DNA of 64,000 nucleotides from Pocillopora damicornis (Eukaryota): NCBI RefSeq assembly GCF_003704095.1, contig NW_020846942.1, positions 1,364,001 to 1,428,000 of the forward strand, read 5' to 3'. Shown piece by piece: positions 39,200 to 51,178 of this stretch (position 1 is its first letter; each line of letters starts with the position of its first letter). The notes under the pieces were generated by a model. It saw only the letters and a program-made list of their open reading frames with translations, ran no database searches and was not told where the DNA came from. The position numbers and the translations under genes were made by a program.

Positions 39200-40318
39200 A
39201 TGGCGGACAGTGATCCGGAGAGATACGAGTCGACCATCCAAACTACACTCCTTGCCACGCTTCTCCTCGTCCTCGTATTTGGTAACTCTGTTATCTGTAT
39301 GCTTGTTTGGAAGTACAAAAACTTGCGCACCTATGCTAATTTTCTCGTCGTCGAGATGGCGCTGGTCGATTTTTTCAACGGTGTCATTAACATTCCGATG
39401 TTTATTTGTTACCAGGTATATCCTTCTCCCTTTCTGACGGGTCGGACTCTGGCGATAGTTTGTCTGTTTTTACGAAGAGGTTTTCTACTTCAAAATGCGC
39501 TCTCAGTTTCTACTATATTTCTTGATCGTTATTTCGTTCTCGCGTACGGTCTGAAGTACACTTCATGGAAAAGCAGAAAAAAGCTTTTTATGATAATAGC
39601 TTTAAAATGGATGACAGGTATAGTAATAGTCGGGGGAATCATTCTGTTTCATACAGATTTTGAAGACATAGGTGACGCCCCAATTGCCAAGTACATTTCA
39701 CAATACGAAGACAGGGGGATTTTGCCATTTCCAAGAATAATTTTACCAATGTTTCTGTTTTTTTTTTGTACTGTTTTATATCTGAGTTCGAGAGAAATTA
39801 AGAAAAACATTAACTTTAAGAAGGGCTTGAAAGGGTACGAAACAAAACGTTTTCAAGATCTGAAAGCGCTGAAAACAGTTCAGTATATTATCCTTTGCTA
39901 CGCAGTTTGTTTTTTACCCGATATAACACGAAGTGTTTTACTGCTGACAACTTTTCAAGCGGTTGAGCATTGGCTTGTGTTTAGTGCGTTTTTCTTCCTG
40001 GTCCTAACAAGTGCAGTTAACGTTGTTATCTATTACATTCGGACGGAACGATTCCGCCGTGCTTTCATGCTATTTGTCACCAACCCTGTGAAGAAAAACG
40101 AGGTTTTTGAGCTGAAAACGTATGAAAGGGTTATTCCAAAGATTGTTCAAGAAGCGAAGATGATAGAAGAGCTAGAGATTCCAACGGATAGGTCAGCAGA
40201 AACTCCCGGCGCTCAGAACAAGGAGGAGTGTCCCACGACAACAGACTCTAAATCCAGAGAAACCGAAGAGTTTAGTATATTTGACGAAGATCTTCAGTGT
40301 TGGGACACTAAACTGTGA
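39200..40318 (+). CDS. Intronless divergent orphan class A GPCR
   Basis: Seven hydrophobic segments with GN, MALVD and LDRY. TM6 reads CFLP and TM7 reads NVVIY instead of NPxxY. Confidence 0.85.
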   Translation: MADSDPERYESTIQTTLLATLLLVLVFGNSVICMLVWKYKNLRTYANFLVVEMALVDFFNGVINIPMFICYQVYPSPFLTGRTLAIVCLFLRRGFLLQNALSVSTIFLDRYFVLAYGLKYTSWKSRKKLFMIIALKWMTGIVIVGGIILFHTDFEDIGDAPIAKYISQYEDRGILPFPRIILPMFLFFFCTVLYLSSREIKKNINFKKGLKGYETKRFQDLKALKTVQYIILCYAVCFLPDITRSVLLLTTFQAVEHWLVFSAFFFLVLTSAVNVVIYYIRTERFRRAFMLFVTNPVKKNEVFELKTYERVIPKIVQEAKMIEELEIPTDRSAETPGAQNKEECPTTTDSKSRETEEFSIFDEDLQCWDTKL

Positions 40319-41433
40319 TATTGCAAGAAAAAACTCTCTTTGCGAACTTAAATGGAACTGGTGGACATTTTAAGACAAAAGAAAAGCCCCTTTAACTTAA
40401 GCGGAAAATAACAATTAACATGCCCCTTTTTAAAATATTATCGAGTGAAAGAAGAAAGAAAAAGAAGTGGACGGTAAAAATGAGTTATTCACCCACATTG
40501 AAATCATAGAAAAACGTTTTGCAAATTAAAGCGAGGGGCGCTTTTAAAAAACTCTAACAGCAGACCACTACCTATTCGTGTTGTAAGATGTGTTATTTTC
40601 ATTTCATTATACAATATCTGATGTTTGAGAAAAATACAATACCGAAAGTTTCACGAGAAATTCGAAGTTAAGAATCACTAATTAGTCAAATAATATATTG
40701 TTATTACAATTTCGTTAGGTTATCAGTCAATTTTGATTTATGTACATACGACATACGAGTAAAAAAAGCCGAGTGTATACTGGACATTGAAGCCTGTTCA
40801 TTATTAAATGAAAACAACAGTCTTGAAACTACGATGTTAGTAGTCTCTCCTTTATTCTGATGGATGGAAATTTCAAAAAGAATTAAGCTTGTTTTTTTCT
40901 TCTTTAAAGTCGTTTAGGTCCTGAAGGAAAGATGATGAACACGAAGTGCAAAAACCTGTATGTTTCCAAAGGCGTTTCACAGTTGTTTTTGGCCATTTTT
41001 GTATCATCTGTTGCCATTGTTTAGTAAACACCGTTTAACGTGGTGGAATACTCTGAGTATTTCATTTACTTACACTTAGGATCAAGAAATTCAAAATTTT
41101 GTGACCATATCTGAAGAAAATCCTCTATGTCACTATTGCTCACAGAATACAAACAGTTACACAGATTCAGGAAACGAAAGGGAAATACTGGAAGGATAAA
41201 AAAATGAAAAGATAGAGATCAAATGGCAATCCGACACGAGCCTGCAGTGACATATGGCTTCTGTTTTGGCAAAAATATCTGTCATTGTTGTTTTTAGTTA
41301 TCAACAGATCAGATGGANNNNNNNNNNNNNNNNNNNNNNNNNNNNNNNNNNNNNNNNNNNNNNNNNNNNNNNNNNNNNNNNNNNNNNNNNNNNNNNNNNN
41401 NNNNNNNNNNNNNNNNNGCATCGTGGTATAGGG

Positions 41434-43048
41434 TTATTGACCGCACGTCGAGGTTACCAAGTTCTTCCTGAAGGGTGCGCAAACGGTGGCGTGTGAAACG
41501 CCAGAGAGTAAGTTCCGCCTTTTCTTGTCACTTTTAGCTTGGGGAAAGAGATGAACTTAAGTCTAGGTCCTTAAAGTTTTGATTTGGCCAAAGTTACTGA
41601 AAGATAATACTACAAATGAAGGAGCCACACCTTGAGTTAAACATCATATCTTTGACCATATAAAATCTATTACTTAGTAACCCTAACCCCTTACCGTAAG
41701 GTAGCTTAAGCAGTGCTTCCTGGCGGTCGATCTCTAGCTGTTTCAACGAGTTGAAGAAAACCTCTTGACCGGCTATGTGGTCTGAAAGAATAGCGCAACA
41801 ATGTTAGATACATACAATTGTTAAGCCTGTCAGTTTTAACCCTTGCATTTCGCGATCTCATCGATATATAAAATCCCAATAAGAAAAGGCACTTTGGACT
41901 TACCTATTGCATAAAGCAACAAGAAATGTTTAAAATACAAAAGAGATATTAAAAAATTCTGAAGATAATTTTTTTATTCAAAAGGTTGAAAAGATGTTAG
42001 TTGAAAATTTATAGACGCGGGCTCTCTGTAAGAATGGCACTACAAAATTCACAGGAGCAGGGAAAACAAGTCTGGAACACCAAATGCAAAATCAGTGTCA
42101 GTGGTCAGTTAAACTGAGCCCTTGCAACACTATTCAGTAATACTTTAACACAAAATCCCACACATCACTGATTATTTAATAAGATAAATTTTATGTCATT
42201 ATTTTTATTTTAATGTTTGAGTTTGTTTCGAGGCTCGCATCAACAGGGTCAGTAACTACTGACACAAATTGTGATGATATTTATCACTGATTCTTTCGAT
42301 TTTGCGACTTCGATTTGAACGAGACCATGCAATGAGCCCCGTCAATTTTTATTTACCATGGATTGCACCTGGAGTAAATTCAAATATACTCATCAGAAAC
42401 ACATAAAAAATTCACTGGTGATAAAGAGATAACTTTTGCGTTTTCGCGCTATATATCGAAGTAATACTTATTGTGTTAATTACAGGCGTGCATTATAATC
42501 TTTTTTTCGTTTTTGATTCCACGTGAATCTTTGTGCTTTGGTGAAACAGTCTTGATAAAAGTGAAAACAGTTAACCCAACCGAAATATACGTCTAATAGA
42601 TGATTTGGTTTTATCAACTGAGTTGATAATGTAAATTGCCCACTGTCGGCTGAGTGAAAGACAAAGGGTTTACGCTCGCAAGATAAACCTTAGAAGCTCT
42701 TTTTAGTGGCCAATTTACATTATCAACTTAGTTGATGAAACCGAATTATCTTGTGATACTCCCGCACCGACGCAGCACCACAGTTTCTTTAGCATGGATC
42801 AGCAGTCACGTGCGAATAGCGTACACGAACGAGTCTAGAACAAAATTTAGTCTGAGTAGATGATAAAGAGATTAGATTGAAGGTTTAGCAGGAATTCGCA
42901 ACTGAACCTTCTTTTACAACCTTTTAGCCTATACTATCAAACTACGAATAAAAAAAGTTTTTTGATAGATAGAACAAGATTATTGGTCCTTACCTGAAAT
43001 TCCTTCATGAAACAGCATCAAAAAAATTGAGATTGAAAGGAGTTTCAT
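41434..43048 (-). CDS. Predicted small secreted prepropeptide (85 aa) with KKRR site and C-terminal two-Cys peptide
   Basis: Exons 42994-43048, 42357-42368, 41695-41781 and 41434-41537 are joined by GT-AG phase 1 introns. Product: MKLLSISIFLMLFHEGISGAIHDHIAGQEVFFNSLKQLEIDRQEALLKLPYAKSDKKRRNLLSGVSHATVCAPFRKNLVTSTCGQ*. Confidence 0.6.
42590..42792. repeat. Dispersed palindromic repeat, probably Penelope-terminal-repeat derived
   Basis: Inverted repeat TTTATCAACTGAGTTGATAATGTAAATTG / CAATTTACATTATCAACTTAGTTGATGAAA, followed by CCGACGCAGCACCACAGTTTCTTTAG. Confidence 0.55.
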
Positions 43049-44572
43049 AGTTTTGTATATGTGCACCCAATAAATTTTCCAAAACACAGTACAAAATGTA
43101 ATGTTTCGCCGAGACCGCTATTCCTAAACTGAACAAACAAATGCGCGTAGTGTCTTTGAAGATGATTGATTGATCAGAATTTGCTTAATTTTTTCCTCAT
43201 TGTATTAAGTTTTTCATATTTTCTTATGTTAGCAATTGTATGACAGAAATTCACCATGTCAAACATAGATCAAATTAAGTAAACAATTCTCTCTGATTCC
43301 GGAGATAATAGAAGGCAATTTTTAGTTCGCGTAAAAGTTAAATTGTATTTGTGTTTACTTCTTTCAAGGCCAAAAGCAAAGAGCACTCACGTCTTCCGCG
43401 TTTAAATTTTCAGATCGCTTATAAATTCTGGTTTTATTTGATTTTTTTATTCCTCATTCTTCATAATATCGTTATTAACCGTTTCTGGAACGTTTTATCT
43501 CATAAAAATGAATGAAAGTGCAAAATGAAAGCCAGCTTAGAAGAAAAAAACCTAATAAGCTATTTAACGAATTGTAAGAAGAAGGTGACAAATATTCAAG
43601 CAAATAAACAATTTCCTTATTGACTCTAAATGTTAGTTTTTAAAGCCCTTAACAAAAAAGCTTTGATTTTCTCCACAGCATGAATTGTTCTTTTTTAATA
43701 ATCGGGGGTATTGTTGTTGTCTGTGGATAAACATTTTGCTATAGATGAAGGAAACTAAAAGTCGAGGATTCAAGCGTTTTAATGACTTCTCCTAACAAGC
43801 AGATTATGCAGGGGATGCTACCACTAAAATAACCTTAAGCTTGTTTGTGCTCGGGAGAAATATCGACAACAGTTTTTTTTTAAGTCCGAGATTTTTATTT
43901 CATATTTTACCAAAAATCCTTTTAACAAAGCAAGTTCAGTAAAATGGTGACCAAACCAAACGGATCAAAAGTATTGAGCAATAAAAGCACTGTGATTCCT
44001 CCAGATTCATCACTTTTTCAAAAGTACTTTTTTCAATTTTTGTCTTTGTTCGGTCTTCCTTGTTTGACATTTCTTAGAAAATCATTGGAGCTTTGTAAAC
44101 TATATAAATTAGAAACGGAAATCGGAAAAGGGTACTGTAAGACTTCAAGTTTGTTTTAAGAGCTTCAAATTCAGACTTTTCATGTATCGACTGTACATAT
44201 TTGACATCTAGAGGCTCAAGTTTTAAAGATCGATTCCAGTCGTATTTCTAAGCAACTCTCAGTCTAAGCTATATATAATTAAACCCATGAGGATGGAAAC
44301 AAGACTATTTCAAATAAACTGCAACGCTTTCTTCCTTCTTTTACAGTAAAAATTCAACTTCATTCAGTAATGATATAAACGAGCCCATTTTTAATGAAAA
44401 ACAAACACAACATTTCTATGCCACTCAATTCTAAATAGTGTTTTCACACAGGCAGATGTCTGTACAAACTGACGTGTGAAAAGTTAAATACAGAATTTTA
44501 TTTACCCATCAAAAATTTAGCCTAATTTGTTTTCCGCCTTCAATTCTATTCTGTGTCTTATAGTCTTTGAAA

Positions 44573-47500
44573 ATGAATTGCGCTATTTTTATTTTCATCG
44601 TTTTTCACGCTGCTCTTTCAGGTAAGTGTTCATTTCGTTAAAACTCCTTTTCAGCGGCATGTAATTAGAATGTACTTAGAATTGTAAAACAGGGAAATTC
44701 GGAATTTCGCGTAAATACCGTCTTAACTAACCATAACTGAGTTCATAACCAATCTTGAAATCTACTACACATAAGACAGTTATTCTTTAATTTTGATAAA
44801 GTTGGAAATTGGTTAAAAGAGGGTAACGCCTAATGGGAAAGATGGGTCACTGGGGAGAAAAAAATTTCTAGAATAAAAGTAGGCACATGAGGTTTGCCTC
44901 TCATACTGTTTATTATCTCAGAGAACACGCTGCAAAAACCCACATTACTACCGGCCTATTGTACTGCCTGCCACGTTTTGAAAAAATTCGGTTTAAACAG
45001 CTTACAGTTAGTTTTCTTGATCGTCATATCGGGTGGAGTTTATTTGACTAAACTGGGACATAAACTCCTCTACCTTCTTTTTTTTTTAAAGCCTATCACA
45101 AGCGATAGTCGAAAGCGTTGAAAAAAAAATTTTGCAGTTTCCCTTTCTTCTTCTGGCCGCATGTCCGTCGATCTGTTTTTGACGAAAATTTTCAGACCAG
45201 GCTAAATATGGTTATAAATATATCATACTCTAGTGATAGGGATTGATTCCGGGAAAGACATTCGAAGTATACTTAAAAACTCGTCTTTCTCAATTTATTC
45301 ACAGAAGATGTCATTCGGCTTGTACAGCCGCCTGATGCAACGTACGTGGGCCAAGGTCGAGTGGAAGTACAGCACCAAGGGACCTGGGGCACAATTTGTG
45401 ATGATGAATGGTCGTTTGAGGACGCTACAGTGGTGTGTGAGCAGATGGGTTTCCTTAAAGCAATTTATCAGGCAAGATTTTTTTTCAGTGATCATTACCA
45501 TTCACTATCCATCGCCTGCGAGGGGGCCAGGGAGGGGGAGATCGAAGAATATGGGGGATCACATGGTTTTCAGGGGGGGAACGGTGGTGGAACAGTCATC
45601 GATAACGGAGATTAAATGGAGGACTAAGGACAACTAAAGTTCAGTGAGGGGGAATAATTAGAATAGGGAGGGATCACGTAAATTTTACTGCGACAGAACA
45701 AAAATCCTCTGATCCCCCAAGGCAATGGAAAACGATTGGTTCCTTTTGAAAAATCAAAGGTCTCTTGTCGTAAGTGCGTTTCCACGCTTAATTCAATTGC
45801 AATAAATTTATTCCGAGCTCGTTAGGTGTAGTTTGCAATAGCTTAACACAAATATTCATCCTACAGGCAAAGCGAGCAAAGTTTGGCCAAGGGACTGGAC
45901 CCGTGTGGCTGAGTAAGATGATGTGCACAGGAAGGGAAAAGTCTCTTACAGACTGCCCCCATCAGGGGTGGGGTGAGAACAGTTGTGGCCATGAGCGGGA
46001 TGCCGGTGTCAGCTGCTTGCAAGAAGGTGAAGGAAACTCCTACGTCATAACTTAAGTAAATATTTTTGTTCCTTTGGGGGACACAGGCAAGGAGATTGCT
46101 CCTTAAGACGTGTCTAAATAAGGAGAAATATAGATATTTTAAGAAATAGTAATTAGAAGTAGGCATTCCACGGGGTAGCTCTTCCTGTCTTCTGTATCCA
46201 GGTTGAATGGTCGCTCAGTTAGTGTTAGCGCCCTCCGGGAAGGCGAGTTCCAATCCTGACGATCAAAGCTGAATTTTTTTTAAAGCTTCTTGTAACCAAT
46301 ATTTCCATTTGTATCTCAGCTGCGACAATTATTTCTTTACCTATATATCATGTGCAGGTCATTTTGTGACTTATTGCACTTAGTTCTGATTCAGTTTATA
46401 CAGTACTACACATATAACCTCCTGTATGCTCACATATGAAAAGAGGAACTGATCACGAGGCCAATATTAACAGACCATTACGCCGTGTTATAGTCAGCAC
46501 TAAATAACACTATTCTATGAACACAATATAGCTGCCTCATATAACTTTTCTGTTCCTATAAACTCAGGCCTTCCACAAATCCTTGAGGTCGGGTGTTACC
46601 GTGACGCCCAAGGAGACAGGGCCTTAAACAACATGTATGCCTCCCTCCGAGGAAATATCGATTGGCACAACTTACGATCGCTGGTGACGAGGTGTGCAGA
46701 GCGTGCGTTCGAGCTTGGTTATCGGTATTTCGGGGTGCAGTTTTATGGAGAGTGCTGGGGGGACGACCGCCCTCGGCCAACGTATGATAAACACGGTGCC
46801 GGTAAAGGTTGTACTGACGGTGAGTATGAAGTTCAAGAGAGGATCCAGAGGAGACGGAGTCTCCACATGTAAGCCTTAAAAGAATTTCATTTGAGCGTCG
46901 AAAGTAATCCAGGATTGTTTGTTTGCCTTCAATTCGCTCTGTGATTGGTCCAGAAAACTCGCACCACTCTCTAAACCTAAAAAATGCAACACTTAAACCA
47001 ATCACGAGTCGGTCGCTCTCATTTTCCCGCGCTTTAGGTAGTTCATTTGTTTTTTCTTTGGGTTCTCATTGGCTCGTAAAGGTATTTTCCTTTCTCTTGA
47101 TTGGCCGTTGTGATTACTTCGGTTTTGGTTTTACGACACTCAATTGGAAAAAGCTCTGTTGTTGTTACTCTTGTTTAGGTTATTCAAGGTTGCTGCCATA
47201 TTTGGAGTTTCCAGAAGGATTCAAAAATCCTACGCTGCTCATTTTGATCACGTGGAAATCTCATAAGGCTTCTTTGCCGAGCACTTTTCTGTGCTACAGA
47301 TTAGACAGCTAAAAATTAATAAGTCAAAGGAGCAAAACCTAACTTTGCTTCTTACACAGTGCAGCACCCATTAAGATATAATTTATACGTACTTTGTTCC
47401 TTTGCTGGCACAATTGAATGATAAGGTCTCTAATTCTCTAAAAGCCATCTTTTCATTTCCATCAGCGTCACAGGCTCTGATCAATTACGATATGTCGTCT

Positions 47501-48959
47501 GAGCTGATGGGTATTGTTGAATCCAAGGATGCTCAGTCACTTGAAAGAGCTTCCTTTAGCCTTCTTAACAGCCGTCATTCAGGTTTTTCACTTACCGCAT
47601 ACCCTCTCCGGCGACAAAACAGCTTGATCTGTCCGCAAAGTTGCTTGACCAGACTTATGAACGAGTTAGGGGATGACTATCTCTGAAGGGATCATTCTAT
47701 TTATCGCGTAGGGGGTCAGAGGACTCTTTATTTTGAGGGAGGGGTGGGTCACATGACTTTTAGGGGGAACATAAGCGGATCAGTCGTCGTTAACAGAGTA
47801 TAAAGGGGGACAATAGAGAATGTACTGTCAATTGACTACCAATTTTTTGGGGGGGGGATATTATCATAAGAGTATTACAGAGTCTTATGGGGGGATCAGG
47901 TAAATTTTATCGTAACACAACCAAACTCCCCTGACCAACCCCCCCTCGGCGATAGATAATAAACAGTCTCAAAGAGAGATCTTCATTTGACGATGTAGGT
48001 GTTGGCGATGAAATTCACAACTTTGTTTATCGTTTCGCAACGTGGCGGGACCTTGGCTGTTGGAGAGACACTGGTGATGGTCGCACCATGACAATGCTGG
48101 AGAATTTTCGGGGACAAATCGACTGGTTCCACCTGGAGAAAACAGGTTTGTCATATTCAAAGTGGTTTGCCCAAAATGACAGGTCAGTACGGGAAGGTGT
48201 TTGTGATGGTGTAATGAGAGAACGACTAGAGCGAAGATTTTCGTGTTTATCTTGGCAGCTTTTGAGAGAAGCATACTGTCATAGACATGCGCATAATGAT
48301 TCTTATCGTCCTGATGTAGTCTAAGAGAGTGAAACTGCAGACGTAAAAGTCTTAAGCGCTCCCTTCCCTTATTGGAATAGGAAACTTTTCATAATCTTGC
48401 AAATACTTTGTTTTTTCATTTTCACTTTATTAGATTTCAAAGGAAAGCGCATAGATATGAACAGACAGAACTTAGAGCCAAACGCATATGTTGTTATAAG
48501 ATAGCAATTCACCCTTTGACTTCCATAAATTCCCCAATATCAAGCAGACAGGTGATGACACTACGGAAAACTATTTTGTTAATTGATTCAATACCAAATT
48601 CTCCGAACTATCATCATATGAATTGTATGGTAGACATTAAGGAGAATTACTAGTGAGATCATGGGAGTGACAGGGTTAAAAGGCAGGGGCAATTTTACTC
48701 TCTCGTCTTTTTTCCTGTTTCGTTAGTAAATCATTGATCGTGCATCGCTCTAATTTTTTTTTTGCTTCTAATTTCACTTGTAGTCGAGAAGTGTTACGAA
48801 GCTGCCAAAAAGAAAAACAAGAAATACTTCGCCATCCAGTTTTACGGCGAGTGTTGGGTGTCTGACACAGAATCTTACAAGGTACACGGTCCGTCCACTA
48901 ATTGCTGGAACGGAGTCGGAAGGGACTATGATAACTACGTGTACGAGGTGCTTTTTTAA
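44573..48959 (+). CDS. Secreted SRCR plus 2x WSC-like domain protein, paralogue B (complete)
   Basis: Exons 44573-44621 (signal peptide), 45305-45471 and 45867-46026 (SRCR, joined by a GC-AG intron), 46568-46819, 47999-48145 and 48784-48959. Colinear with paralogue A. No TM segment. Confidence 0.88.
46885..47151. mobile_element. Common TIR-bearing dispersed repeat
   Basis: Ends TTTCATTTGAGCGTCG / CGACACTCAATTGGAAA, with internal GATTGG / CCAATC motifs. Confidence 0.65.
47686..47970. mobile_element. G-rich TIR repeat family member
   Basis: Same core and termini as the 34130-34380 copy. Confidence 0.7.
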
Positions 48960-50842
48960 TCACAGGTATGGCAAGCTTCTGAGAAATTTTTAACACGCCA
49001 AATAGGATAACTGATTATGATACATCATGAAATCACAGATAACTTGAGGCATTTTAAGAGTGATTACGAAGACAACTTTTTCGTTGGTTTTTGTTGCGGT
49101 ATGTTCGATGTTAATCTCTGACTTTTACACGACTTAATTGGAGTTTCTCGAACCAGGTTTAAATTTTATCAACGTTAAATGTAAGCAAAAGAATGCTAGG
49201 ATTTTATGAAAGTTTTTCATACCTTTTGCGTTCGTACGTTATTGTGCCTTATGTAAGTCCTTCTTAACGATTAACTAGGCGATGGAGGAAAAAGATGTTT
49301 CAGAAGAGCCTTTTAGAAATCATATAATGCCTTTTAACTTAACCCTTCTTCATTATTTATCTTAGTATTAGTCGCACTTTGGAAAGATGGGAAAGACGAC
49401 AAGGAGATCTAACTACACAAGGCGGTTATGCTGTGTATATTAGCTCTAATATTAAGACGATAGAGATGTAACATGACCAAATGAAACATTTGCTTTGAAT
49501 AAACAATAGTACCCTTTATCGCCTTTGGTTCTGTGGTCTTCGTTTTGCCTGTTACTTCATAGATAAGTTACTGAACATGCATCTATGCGCGCTTTGGACT
49601 GTTTCCAGCATCGTTTACAGATCTAAAAGCTTTCATGCCGCTGAACCATAAACGTTCTAAGGAGCCCTACCCTCTCTTTATTATCCCTCTTAATGCAATT
49701 TTCTTACAATCTCCCCTCTCCCCTCCCCCCTTCTGGCAGGTCTCCCTCCTGCCCCTGCTTCCCTTCCCCTCCATCCTCCAAGTACTCTATTCCAAATGAT
49801 CACACGTACAAGCAATATTTTTTCATGGCGAGATTATCATCGCACTGTGAAGTATAAGGGCTGTTGAATGGTATGTAGCAGGGTTTGTCTATCTTGAAAA
49901 AACTTGCCTTTCTTTTACCCCTTTTTCATTCTGAAATTCTTTGAGTTGTCCATCAATTTTTTGTTCTCCTCAGTACTCGTTCCAATGATGCCGCCATTTG
50001 AAAACAACTTGGTAACCTGGCCATTTACGCCAGTGAACGGCGGAAATTACAACGCTCAGTATGAAGAGAGTACAATATCTTGTCAAACAACTGCTCATCC
50101 GGTTATCGCAAAAACTAATAGGCTGAGTCAAGAATGCCTTTTGTGAGGTCATACCTTAAAATCGCAAAATATGATCAGAGTTATATGATTATTTCTTAAT
50201 GGCGACGACAGAAGTAAAAATGGTTTCTGGAGCCCACCTCTATTTTTTAAATAAAAGTGTTAAACATGAAATAAAAATTTAAAGCACATAATTTGGGATG
50301 TAAAATCATGGAAAAACTGTTGAGACAACGTAACTAACTGTGTTTATACTATTTTCAACCTAAGCTAACATATATGTGTTTCTCTTCTTTTCCCTCTCTC
50401 TCTTCCTCGACGCTTTGCAATTTTTAATTTTTCCTCGAAAAACGTATTTTGGAATATTTAGAAGACAAGATTGAACGTCAAAGGTCCTTTTCACTGTCAT
50501 GTAGTAAAATTTTGAGAAGCTGATCAATTTTATGACAGTGAATAAATTGTTCCAAACGGTTTTGTCCTTCTAAAGTTTTGCATTTTGGTGCTTTGCTGTC
50601 TGCAACTTTTTCCGAGAAGCAAAAATTCAGGGTTTGAGCATACAAGCTGTAAGAAGTATTCTCTGCTATTTCCTCACTGGAAACAAAGTTTACAGTAAGA
50701 TTTGTTTTGTTCCCTGATTAGCTTTTGTCTTTCATGTTTCCTTTTGGATGAAGAGTGCACAATAACATCCATAAATACACAAAATAAAGACTATTAGGAT
50801 TGGTTTAAACGCCGAACTACCTTTAAGCCCAACATATAACAT

Positions 50843-51178
50843 AAAAGTTTCGCTGTAGGAAATTCAGCTCGGCGTCTAAATCAGTGGGCTTACTCTCTTA
50901 TTTTTAATTTAGCTCGGTCCAACTTGGAATGATTTCAGTTCAACACATGAAGGGATCCGCATCTACAAGCTATATGGTATAGTTTGTAAATTTTGAGCAC
51001 TGACTTGACATAAGATGAAAGTTTCACTGTAGGAAATTAAGCTCGGCGTCTAAATCAGCAGGCCTACTTTCTTATTTTCAATTTAGCTCGGTCCAACTTG
51101 GAATAAGTTCAATTCAACACATGGAGGGATTCGCGTCCATTCGCTATATGGCATAGTTTGTAAATAAGTTTGAGCACG
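50843..51178. repeat. Direct tandem duplication, ~175 bp period
   Basis: AAAGTTTCRCTGTAGGAAATTMAGCTCGGCGTCTAAATCAG...TTTGAGCAC occurs twice. Confidence 0.9.

Noticed and set aside
49974-50146. Possible orphan terminal exon after a good acceptor
   Set aside because: No recognisable motif and no upstream partner exon that I could support.
50843-51178. CRISPR-like array or other prokaryotic system
   Set aside because: There are only two long units with no spacers, and the whole window is eukaryotic with spliceosomal introns.
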